This document shows positions 1-7,406 of a DNA stretch of 15,561 nucleotides, piece after piece. How positions within the stretch are numbered: position 1 is the first letter of the stretch; each line of letters begins with the position of its first letter. Below the pieces are notes generated by a model. It did no database searches. It was not told where the DNA came from and saw nothing but the letters and a program-made list of their open reading frames with translations. Position numbers and translations under genes: made by a program. The DNA comes from Fidelibacterota bacterium (GTDB lineage: Bacteria > Fidelibacterota > Fidelibacteria > Fidelibacterales > DSDE01), in NCBI GenBank assembly GCA_046735395.1, contig JBJKQR010000082.1, forward strand, positions 1-15,561. The letters are read 5' to 3'.

Positions 1-597
1 TGGTCAAATGTGATGGAATCCGATTTAATAACCTATCAGGTCTGGAAAAAAGTGATGGGCGGACTCAATTTTCGACAGGTCATTGATGACTGGTCCAAAA
101 TTGCTGAATATAACAGCAGCACCACATCCTTTACAGATGTTGATTTTACCTATAATGTTTCAGGCGCATACAAAGCATACTACAAAATTCAGCCTGTTCT
201 TAAATATGGAACTTGGCAACCAAGTGCCTCATCGACGGTATCGGTAACAGGTAATCGTTTGGTTCACAAAGATGCTAAACCGTCAATGCTTAATCCAGAG
301 GAATACAATCTGTATCCCGCATATCCTAATCCCTTTAATCCTTCTACAACACTTGCTTTTGATTTGCCCGAGATGTCGGACGTACAATTTATAGTATTCG
401 ACCTGTTAGGAAAAAAGATTAAGGAATTTGAATTGAAAAATCTGGCTGCTGGAAAACAAAAGATCATTTGGAATGGAACAAATCAGTCGAATCAGATCGT
501 AGACTCAGGTATATATCTTATTCAAATGAAAGCATATTCTGTAGAAAGCGACAGAGCTCCATTTAACACATTTCAAAAAGTTGTATATCTGAAATAA
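1..597 (+). CDS. C-terminal part of a secreted protein with a FlgD-Ig-like / T9SS type A (Por secretion) C-terminal sorting domain; 5' end outside the window
   Basis: Frame is open from base 1 (tgg tca aat gtg atg...). It ends in the typical CTD pattern YPNPFNPSTTLAFDLPE...IVFDLLGKKI...WNGTNQSNQIVDSGIYLIQMKA...KVVYLK*. Strongly AT-rich codon usage. Confidence 0.85.
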   Translation, partial: WSNVMESDLITYQVWKKVMGGLNFRQVIDDWSKIAEYNSSTTSFTDVDFTYNVSGAYKAYYKIQPVLKYGTWQPSASSTVSVTGNRLVHKDAKPSMLNPEEYNLYPAYPNPFNPSTTLAFDLPEMSDVQFIVFDLLGKKIKEFELKNLAAGKQKIIWNGTNQSNQIVDSGIYLIQMKAYSVESDRAPFNTFQKVVYLK

Positions 598-662
598 AAT
601 ATTTTATTAAAAAAATGATCGTATAAAAGACTTTTTTTCGTACCACCCGCTCAGGGAATGGC

Positions 663-1364
663 CTACTTCACCTGCTTTTTCACGATGCTGGCGTCGATAT
701 AGATTTCGACACGGCGGTTCAGGGCACGGCCTTCGTAGGTATTGTTGCCGGCCACAGGCTTGAATTCGCCGAATCCGGAGACGGCAAAATTATTTTCGCT
801 CAGTCCGGTATTTTCCTGAAGAATTTTCATGATATTCTGGGCCCGGGCCGCGGACAGTTCCCAGTTGTCGCGAAATTTTGCGTTGGCTGTCAATGGCACA
901 TTGTCCGTATGTCCCTCAACGCGGATTTCCACATTCCATTGGAGCTTATTCCGGTCCAGCTGATGCAGAAATCCGGCCTGACTGGTGTTTTCCAGATGGA
1001 GAATACTCAGATTCCGGATGGCTTCGGAGATTTCGATGAGCTGTTCCTGAAGCCCGGGGAGCGGGTCCGCTTCGCCCGTATTGAAGATGCTCTGGCCGCG
1101 GAGCGTGATCTGGACGCCCTTGCTGCGCAGCGCTGTGGAAAGATTGTTTAGGTGCTGGTCCTGAATGACCTTCTCGATCTGTCCGTTGGTCTCCACCAGG
1201 CGGTCATTCACCCAGCGGTTGATGCGGCTGATATCGCCGGCCTGCTTGGAGATCATCATAATGAAAAAAGTAATGAGCAGGGTGATGACGTCACCGTAAG
1301 AGAGCAGCCAGCCGGTCCGGGCTTTGCGCTCGATCATTGCCTGATATGCGGTTGAGCCGGCCAT
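663..1364 (-). CDS. motB: MotB/OmpA-family stator B subunit (motB2), conserved TM Asp retained
   Basis: TM motif WLLSYGDVITLLITFF (D25). OmpA-like peptidoglycan-binding motifs EGHTDN, NWELSAARA, GFGEFKP, NRRVEI. Start overlaps the upstream stop (TGATG at 1362-1366). Confidence 0.9.
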   Translation of the reverse strand: MAGSTAYQAMIERKARTGWLLSYGDVITLLITFFIMMISKQAGDISRINRWVNDRLVETNGQIEKVIQDQHLNNLSTALRSKGVQITLRGQSIFNTGEADPLPGLQEQLIEISEAIRNLSILHLENTSQAGFLHQLDRNKLQWNVEIRVEGHTDNVPLTANAKFRDNWELSAARAQNIMKILQENTGLSENNFAVSGFGEFKPVAGNNTYEGRALNRRVEIYIDASIVKKQVK

Positions 1365-2065
1365 CAGTTCACAGCCTCCATCATGACCGAGTTGACTTTG
1401 ATATAGATTTCCACCCGGCGGTTTTCGTCATAATTCTGAACCGAGTGAAGCGGATGGAAATAGGCGTATCCGGCCATGGAAAAATTGCTGTCCTTCAGAT
1501 TCAGGGCCGACTGGAAATATTTCATCACCGTGTAGGCCCGGGCTGTGGACAGATCCCAGTTGTCCCGGAACTGGCTGGTGGAGATGGCGCGCCGGTCCGT
1601 GTGCCCTTCAATGCGGACACTGAGCTCAGGCGTCTGATGGATATTCCGGAGCTGGCGGATCTGTCTGGCATAAATTTTTTCGAAATCGGGAATGTCCGTT
1701 TTGGAAATGAGGCCTGATATTTTCTGAAGAATAGGATAGAATCCGTCATTGATCTGGGCTGAAGCCGTGTAGAACATGGGCTGCCCGTCGATTTCGGAAG
1801 GAATCAGGAGCTTGATGCCCTTGTTGCCGGTATTTTCCACATAGAGCCAGTCATATCCTTCCCGGGCCTTGATCTGGCTGATCTGCTGGCCGATATGAGC
1901 TGTCAGGTTATCCGAAAAGCGGAAGATGCTTTCGGCTTCGCTGGTGCTTTTTCCCACCAGCAGGAGAAAGAAGGCGAGAACGCCCGTAAGCAGGGAGCCG
2001 TACGTGACCATCCAGTTGTCACGACTGGAAGTATGGTGAGCCAGGGGGGCCTTAGCCTTTGCCAT
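1364..2065 (-). CDS. motB: MotB/OmpA-family stator B subunit paralogue (motB1), TM Asp replaced by Ser
   Basis: TM motif WMVTYGSLLTGVLAFF. PG-binding motifs EGHTD, NWDLSTARA, NRRVEI. Overlaps motA by 14 nt. Confidence 0.88.
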   Translation of the reverse strand: MAKAKAPLAHHTSSRDNWMVTYGSLLTGVLAFFLLLVGKSTSEAESIFRFSDNLTAHIGQQISQIKAREGYDWLYVENTGNKGIKLLIPSEIDGQPMFYTASAQINDGFYPILQKISGLISKTDIPDFEKIYARQIRQLRNIHQTPELSVRIEGHTDRRAISTSQFRDNWDLSTARAYTVMKYFQSALNLKDSNFSMAGYAYFHPLHSVQNYDENRRVEIYIKVNSVMMEAVN

Positions 2066-2882
2066 TCGCTGTCTTCCGGATTTCCTTTTCCTGTTTGGAC
2101 ACGAAGGTCAGGAGTTTTTCCTCCATGAGCATGGGATGCTCCTTGGCATGGATACTGAGAATTCCCGAAATAATGATTTCATTGACGAAGACTTCATCGT
2201 CGCTGCGCGTCTTGAGTTTGCCGGCAATGGGGACGAAGACGAGGTTGGCGAAGAGGACGCCGTAAAAGGTGGTGACCAGGGCGCGGCCCATACCGTCCAG
2301 CAGACCGCTCATCATGTCCTGGGTCTGGTCTGCGAAGGAGGCCATGCCGTTGCCGCCGCTCTGCTGAGCCGTCATCATGAGAATGAGACCCATCACCGTA
2401 CCCAGCAGGCCGAAAGCCGGAGCATAGGAACCCATGTTGTAAAACATTTCCTGTCCGTTACGATGGCGGATGACCATATTGGTCAGCTCATTGCGCAGAA
2501 AGAGATCCAGCTTCCTCGGGTCCTTCTCAATGAGCGCCATCTCGATGCCGTTGCGGATAAATTTACTGCTGATGTTGTCTAAATGGTTCTCCATTTCCAT
2601 GATTCCCTTGTCGCGGACGATCTTGTCGTAACCCACCAGTTCATCAATGACTTTCATGGGATCGGCACCTTTCCGTGAGAAGGCATTTCCGGCCACGCGG
2701 ATAAGGCCGAGGATCTGTCGGAAGGGATAATTCACGACGGTTGCCGCGAAGGTTCCTCCCAGCACTACGGAGAGTCCCTTGAGGCTGAAAAAGGTATTGG
2801 GAATGAGGTTGTTGTTGTCCATCATTCCGAATGCGACGAGAACGAGGCCGATTACCAGCCCGAACAGGGTTGCAATATCCAT
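2052..2882 (-). CDS. motA: MotA/PomA-type stator A subunit (MotA/TolQ/ExbB ion-channel family)
   Basis: N-terminus MDIATLFGLVIG; motifs VVLGGTFAAT, APAFGLLGTVMGLI and ALVTTFYGVLFANLVFVPIAGKLK. Four predicted TM segments. AGGA RBS upstream. Confidence 0.92.
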   Translation of the reverse strand: MDIATLFGLVIGLVLVAFGMMDNNNLIPNTFFSLKGLSVVLGGTFAATVVNYPFRQILGLIRVAGNAFSRKGADPMKVIDELVGYDKIVRDKGIMEMENHLDNISSKFIRNGIEMALIEKDPRKLDLFLRNELTNMVIRHRNGQEMFYNMGSYAPAFGLLGTVMGLILMMTAQQSGGNGMASFADQTQDMMSGLLDGMGRALVTTFYGVLFANLVFVPIAGKLKTRSDDEVFVNEIIISGILSIHAKEHPMLMEEKLLTFVSKQEKEIRKTANGKG

Positions 2883-2948
2883 AGCTTTTCCTAATCTTTA
2901 ATCATGTGAATTTGAGCATCTGCCATAATTAAGCAAGTTCTTTCCCGG

Positions 2949-2977
2949 AATTTAGCGGTCTTTAATCATGGTTTCAA
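2949..2977 (-). promoter_or_regulatory. Putative sigma70-type promoter of the motA-motB1-motB2 operon
   Basis: Minus strand reads TTGAAA (2977-2972), 17 nt, TAAATT (2954-2949), about 65 nt upstream of the motA ATG. Confidence 0.55.
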
Positions 2978-3009
2978 AATAAATTATTGAAATTATCGCC
3001 CCGCGAAAA

Positions 3010-4011
3010 TCAGAGACGAAAGCCCTTCGGAGTGATTCTGCCGTAAAAATTCTCCGGTATTCCGTTTTCGAAACGGTCAAAGAGAGAGGGCCCTTTCAGA
3101 TAAAGCTCTGATGCGGATTTCCGGACAATTTCCAGGGCCGGAACCGGAACGGGCTTATCTCCCGTCTCAAACACAGGCCCCATTCCGAAAAAATGATCAT
3201 CCTGACGGATTGCGCGAATCCAGGACAGGTCCGGTAAAGCAGAGGATTCTCCCCTTGTGAGCAGCACTGCGTCTCTCAGCAGCTTTTCGGGATGAATGTG
3301 TTTCACCGCATCCATCAGGCTGTCATTCATATCCGGAATATAGGCGTACTGAACATGTCCGTTTTCAAACTCCGCTGCCGGATCTGCTTCGCGGAGGGGC
3401 CGGAAGTGAATGGTTTTTCCCCAGAAATAGGGAACGATATAGGACAGCATCAGGTCACTGAGGGTTGCCGGCGGAGCCGTCACCAGCGTATCGCCATCGC
3501 GGAAAAGATGAAAAACCCGGCCCAGCGACTGCGCTGCGGCCAGAATATTGTAGGCGCTGAAATGCACCGGCCCGAAAACCGGACTTTCGAAACGGCAGGC
3601 GGGCCTATCCAGTGTGAGATAAGGGATGGGGCGCTCCTCAAAGGCCGGGCCATTCGGCTCTGGCATCGCCCCGGAAGAGGGTCTGTCTGTAAAATGAATC
3701 TGAACCACTATGCCCATGTTCCACATGGCCAGAAGTCGGGTAAAGCTTGCGCCATCCCCGCTGAAGGGGAGTGAAGCACGGTCTCCGCTCTTTATTCCTT
3801 CCCGTTCGTAGCTATCCATGAGGGCGGAAATACCTTCGGACAGGTGTCGGTACGTCAGCGGATTTTCCCCGTCCTGAAAACAGATTTTGTCGGGGTGCAG
3901 CTGAAGGTGCTGAAGGACGACGGTGTGAAAATTGGGAAAGACGACGATCTTTTCGCTGTAGGGAATACCCTGAAATTCGTGACAGGCCATGAAATCGGAT
4001 TCAGGGGTCAT
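3010..4011 (-). CDS. AMP-binding (ANL/adenylate-forming) fold protein, degenerate and short
   Basis: Recognisable segments HPDKICF..LTYRHL, GIKSGDRA, LAMWNMGIV and LYLKGPSLF. It lacks the TSGxTGxPKG loop and the C-terminal subdomain. ATGA overlap with the upstream gene at 4008-4011. Confidence 0.65.
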   Translation of the reverse strand: MTPESDFMACHEFQGIPYSEKIVVFPNFHTVVLQHLQLHPDKICFQDGENPLTYRHLSEGISALMDSYEREGIKSGDRASLPFSGDGASFTRLLAMWNMGIVVQIHFTDRPSSGAMPEPNGPAFEERPIPYLTLDRPACRFESPVFGPVHFSAYNILAAAQSLGRVFHLFRDGDTLVTAPPATLSDLMLSYIVPYFWGKTIHFRPLREADPAAEFENGHVQYAYIPDMNDSLMDAVKHIHPEKLLRDAVLLTRGESSALPDLSWIRAIRQDDHFFGMGPVFETGDKPVPVPALEIVRKSASELYLKGPSLFDRFENGIPENFYGRITPKGFRL

Positions 4012-5087
4012 GCAGGAACCAGATTGAGCAGGGTGATCGTGTTTCGGGAACCCAGTCTCATGGGCGGCCCCCAGGTACCGGTTCCGGGTGAGGTATAGAG
4101 TGTGAGGCTTTTATATCTGACGAGTCCGAAACCGTGCCGGAAGGCTGCGCGGACCACATAATTGAAAGGCCAGATCTGCCCGTAGTGAGTATGGCCGCTG
4201 AGCTGCAGGTCAATGCCGGCGGCAACGGCCTCATCGAGATGGGACGGGGGATGAAAGAGCAAAATGGACGGAAGGTCCGGATGTTGCCGGATATCCGCAG
4301 GGATGACATTCTTTCCCCCGATTTCACGGGAGGGATTATCAATGCCGATCAGCTCAACGCCCTGCGTCACCACACTCTCATTCTTCAGATAGCGGATATT
4401 GCTGTCCTTCAGAATGGCGGCGACCTTGTCCAGGCCTTCGTACATGTCATGATTTCCGCTGCAGAAATACACGGGAGCATGTAACGCGGAAAAGCCTTCG
4501 ATGCAGCGTTTTTCCGGGCTCCGGCTGCCATCGAAGAGATCACCGCTGATGACCGTGAAATCCGGATTCAGCGCATTGACCTCCGCAGTGATCCGCCGCG
4601 CAGTGTCCGGTGTAATTACCATTCCCATGTGAATGTCCGACAGCTGAACGACGCGCAGCGGCTGAGCGAGGCCCTTCAGCGGGATTGTCAAATTCTTTAC
4701 ATGAAGCTGCCGTCCCTGTATCAGGGCATAGACAGAGCAGAGTGTAATGATTACAAGCGCAGCCATCTGCAGGTGGGTCCGGACGGACGGAAAAATTCGG
4801 CCGGTGATCTCGGTGATGAGAACAATCGCGAAGGATATACTGACAATTCCCATGAGGGTCGTGACCAGAATATACAGAATCCGCAGCGCGGGTGACGGCG
4901 GAAGAGTCCGGGACAGATACATGGTCAGCGGAAAGAGCAGTACCACAAACACGGTCAGGACGAGCGTGTAAGGACTGCGCTGCAGCTGGGCGTAGGACCA
5001 CAGGCGGGTGATGACAAAGTGATTGAGCAGATAATAGATGGTCAGGAAGACCAGAATGAATACAAAGAAATGGAAGCTTCTCATCAT
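4008..5087 (-). CDS. Membrane-anchored calcineurin-like metallophosphoesterase (YkuE/YaeI family)
   Basis: About four N-terminal TM helices, then motifs DIHMG, GDLFD, GNHD, HPP and SGHTHYGQ, and C-terminal GTWGPPMRLG. Confidence 0.9.
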   Translation of the reverse strand: MMRSFHFFVFILVFLTIYYLLNHFVITRLWSYAQLQRSPYTLVLTVFVVLLFPLTMYLSRTLPPSPALRILYILVTTLMGIVSISFAIVLITEITGRIFPSVRTHLQMAALVIITLCSVYALIQGRQLHVKNLTIPLKGLAQPLRVVQLSDIHMGMVITPDTARRITAEVNALNPDFTVISGDLFDGSRSPEKRCIEGFSALHAPVYFCSGNHDMYEGLDKVAAILKDSNIRYLKNESVVTQGVELIGIDNPSREIGGKNVIPADIRQHPDLPSILLFHPPSHLDEAVAAGIDLQLSGHTHYGQIWPFNYVVRAAFRHGFGLVRYKSLTLYTSPGTGTWGPPMRLGSRNTITLLNLVPA

Positions 5088-5143
5088 GGTGCAAAAGTTA
5101 AGAAAACCCTGTCATTCAAAACAGAAAAAAGTCAGCATAACCC

Positions 5144-5170
5144 AAACCGCCCCGTCTGTTCCGGGGCGGT
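5144..5170 (-). terminator. GC-rich hairpin downstream of the HD-GYP gene, probable intrinsic terminator
   Basis: 9-bp perfect stem accgccccg (5146-5154) / cggggcggt (5162-5170) with a 7-nt loop. Only a short T tract follows on the minus strand. Confidence 0.55.
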
Positions 5171-5204
5171 GCAGAAATGATTAATCGCAGGGGAGCTGCG
5201 TGTG

Positions 5205-6851
5205 TCAGGCCGGATCGATCTGTTCGGGCTTCATGTATTTTTCGGCGTATTTCCGGTCGATGCCCGCTTCGGTGAAGAAGGCGAACAGTTCGGGATCGAT
5301 ATGCATGTCCTTGGCCATGAACCCCATGATCTTCATGGCTTCGGCCAGCGTTTTGCCCTTCTTGTAGGGGCGGTCGGCCGCAGTAAGCGCCTCGAAGATA
5401 TCGGCGATGGCCATGATGCGGGCCGGCAGGCTGAGATCCTCTCCCTTCAGGTGGTTGGGATATCCGCTGCCGTCCAGCTTTTCGTGATGTCCGCCTGCGA
5501 ATTCGGTCACCCGGGACAATTTATCCGGGAAGGGCAGCTGAGACAGCATTTTTATGGTTACGACCACATGGTTATTAATGATGTCCCGTTCCTCATCGGT
5601 GAGCGTTCCGCGGGAAATCTTGAGGTTCATGACCTCATCCTCTTCCAGGAGAGGATGGTGTTCGCCATTGGCGTAATAGGTGACGGCCGCAATACGGTCA
5701 ACCCGTTCCTTCAGTTCCGGCGCCATGAATTCACCGCCGAAATTGATTTTTTCCAGGAATTCCAGATCCTCACGAAGTTCGGCCAGCCGCGTTTTGGTCT
5801 CGTCGATCAGGGCCTTTTTCCGATCCGGATAATCTGCCGCTGCTGCATCGAGGGCGGTGACCTCCTGCAGCATTCTGCATTCCATCTGGGCATAGAGGGT
5901 TTCGAAGCGAAGTTTTACGATATGGATCCGGTCAAAAATGGTTTCCAGCTTTGTGGACTTGTCGACCACATACTCGGGTGTGGTAATTTTTCCGATGTCA
6001 TGAAGCCACCCGGCGATCCGCAGTTCATCCATCTGATTGGCGTCAAAGGCCACGTCAGTGTATTTCCCTTCGGATGCCGAATTCAGCTCTTCGGCGATCA
6101 TCAGGGTGAGTTCGGCCACACGCTGAATATGTCCGGCGGTGTACTTGCTTTTTTCGTCCACAGCGGATGCAATGACCTTGATGAGGGCATTGAACAGATC
6201 TTCCAGATTCTGGATCAGGCGGTTCTGGGTGATGGCCACCGCAGCCTGTGAAGCCATGGCTTCGGTGAGTTTCTGGGCGGATTCACTGAAGGGGAGAACC
6301 GTCTTGCCATCCATGTCCAGTGCATTGATGAGCTGCAGGACGCCGATGATCTTCCCCTCATGGTTCATCATGGGAATGGTGAGCATGCTCTGGGTGCGGT
6401 AGTTATTCTTCTGGTCGAAGGCCCGCGTACCGGTGAAGTCAAATCCCTCCACATCGTACACATCTTCAAAATTCAGGGATTTTCCCGTCATTCCCACATA
6501 GGCCGATACCATCTTGTCATTGGGGGTACCGTCATCGAAATAGAGTTTTATCGGATACCAGGTGATGGGAAGGCCGGATGTGCCGCCCATCCTGAAATTC
6601 ATCGAATCGGTATGGGCAATCTCAAATTTGAGCTGGGTATTGTTCTCGATCATGAGGTAGAGCGTGGCCGCATCTGCTCGCGTCAGCATCTTGGCGTGGG
6701 TGACAATGTTTTCCAGCAGAACATTCTGATCATGTTCGGTACTGAGAGAGGCACCGATGGATATCAGAACATCCAGCTGATGCTTCAGATCCGTGATGAT
6801 CTCCGCATCACTCCCTGAACCCGGCTTCGATTTTGAAATTTGGGTATCCAT
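5205..6851 (-). CDS. GAF + HD-GYP domain phosphodiesterase (probably cyclic di-GMP or another cyclic dinucleotide)
   Basis: N-terminal GAF (ADAATLYL...SMLTIPMMNHEGKIIGVLQLIN). HD-GYP motifs TAGHIQRV, WLHDIGK, HHEKLDGSGYP and IADIFEALT, with a long insertion between HD and GYP. Confidence 0.9.
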   Translation of the reverse strand: MDTQISKSKPGSGSDAEIITDLKHQLDVLISIGASLSTEHDQNVLLENIVTHAKMLTRADAATLYLMIENNTQLKFEIAHTDSMNFRMGGTSGLPITWYPIKLYFDDGTPNDKMVSAYVGMTGKSLNFEDVYDVEGFDFTGTRAFDQKNNYRTQSMLTIPMMNHEGKIIGVLQLINALDMDGKTVLPFSESAQKLTEAMASQAAVAITQNRLIQNLEDLFNALIKVIASAVDEKSKYTAGHIQRVAELTLMIAEELNSASEGKYTDVAFDANQMDELRIAGWLHDIGKITTPEYVVDKSTKLETIFDRIHIVKLRFETLYAQMECRMLQEVTALDAAAADYPDRKKALIDETKTRLAELREDLEFLEKINFGGEFMAPELKERVDRIAAVTYYANGEHHPLLEEDEVMNLKISRGTLTDEERDIINNHVVVTIKMLSQLPFPDKLSRVTEFAGGHHEKLDGSGYPNHLKGEDLSLPARIMAIADIFEALTAADRPYKKGKTLAEAMKIMGFMAKDMHIDPELFAFFTEAGIDRKYAEKYMKPEQIDPA

Positions 6852-6858
6852 GGATGGA

Positions 6859-7383
6859 TTACAGATTTTCCCTGATAACTTTGATCATGGTGGCAATATC
6901 CTCGGCGGAGAGCTGGCCGTCACGGCTGAACAGGACGGTTCCCGATTTGTCGAAGACGACGATATCGTTTGAATCATCGGCCAGTTTCCATTTCTTGACC
7001 AGAGTCTTTTCGTAGTCTCTCACGTAGACGGTGGATGGATACTGTTCCTGTTTGCTCTTCAGCTTCATATTGATGGCCATATTCGGCAGCCACGTTGCAG
7101 CCATGTTGATGACGGCGACGGAGGCATAGACACTGTCCGGGAAATCTTCCGCCTTCAGCGCTTCGGTGGCGGTATTGTTCAGATCCGCTTCATCCGGATC
7201 GGCGAAAACGAGGACATAGACTTTGTTCTGCAGTTCGGAACTGCTCCAGGGCGTTCCGTCCACGCGGCTTCCCATTTCACCGCTGAGCGTGATGGCTGCG
7301 GGTTTTTCACCAAGGGGCAGTTCGGCATAAACAACCTGCATGGATACAAAGAGAGCTAAGGCGGCAATACTGAGCTTTTTCAT
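6859..7383 (-). CDS. YtfJ-family exported protein (thioredoxin-like fold, no CxxC)
   Basis: Signal peptide MKKLSIAALALFVSMQVVYA. The pattern PWSSSELQNKVYVL...ADLN...VVFDKSGTVLFSRDGQLS resembles YtfJ. GGAGG RBS. Confidence 0.7.
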   Translation of the reverse strand: MKKLSIAALALFVSMQVVYAELPLGEKPAAITLSGEMGSRVDGTPWSSSELQNKVYVLVFADPDEADLNNTATEALKAEDFPDSVYASVAVINMAATWLPNMAINMKLKSKQEQYPSTVYVRDYEKTLVKKWKLADDSNDIVVFDKSGTVLFSRDGQLSAEDIATMIKVIRENL

Positions 7384-7406
7384 GTTCCCTCCGAAAATGG
7401 TTTGTT

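Noticed and set aside
647..657. CCGCTCAGGGA as a REP remnant at the GC boundary
   Set aside because: Only 8 bp are shared with the reverse complement of the repeat end at 13263-13285, which is compatible with chance.
663..2882. Zorya anti-phage system (ZorA/ZorB)
   Set aside because: The A subunit is a 276-aa MotA/PomA-type protein without the long ZorA cytoplasmic tail, and no ZorC/D/E genes are adjacent.
2932..2948. Possible sigma54 -24/-12 site upstream of motA (GG-N10-GC on the minus strand)
   Set aside because: The -24 element (CGGGAAA) is a poor match to TGGCACG, and the sigma70-like site fits better.
5202..6251. 349-aa plus-strand ORF (likewise 9172-10113, 10441-11040 and other antisense ORFs)
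   Set aside because: These are shadow ORFs opposite well-supported genes, expected from GC-rich codon bias, and have no recognisable motifs.
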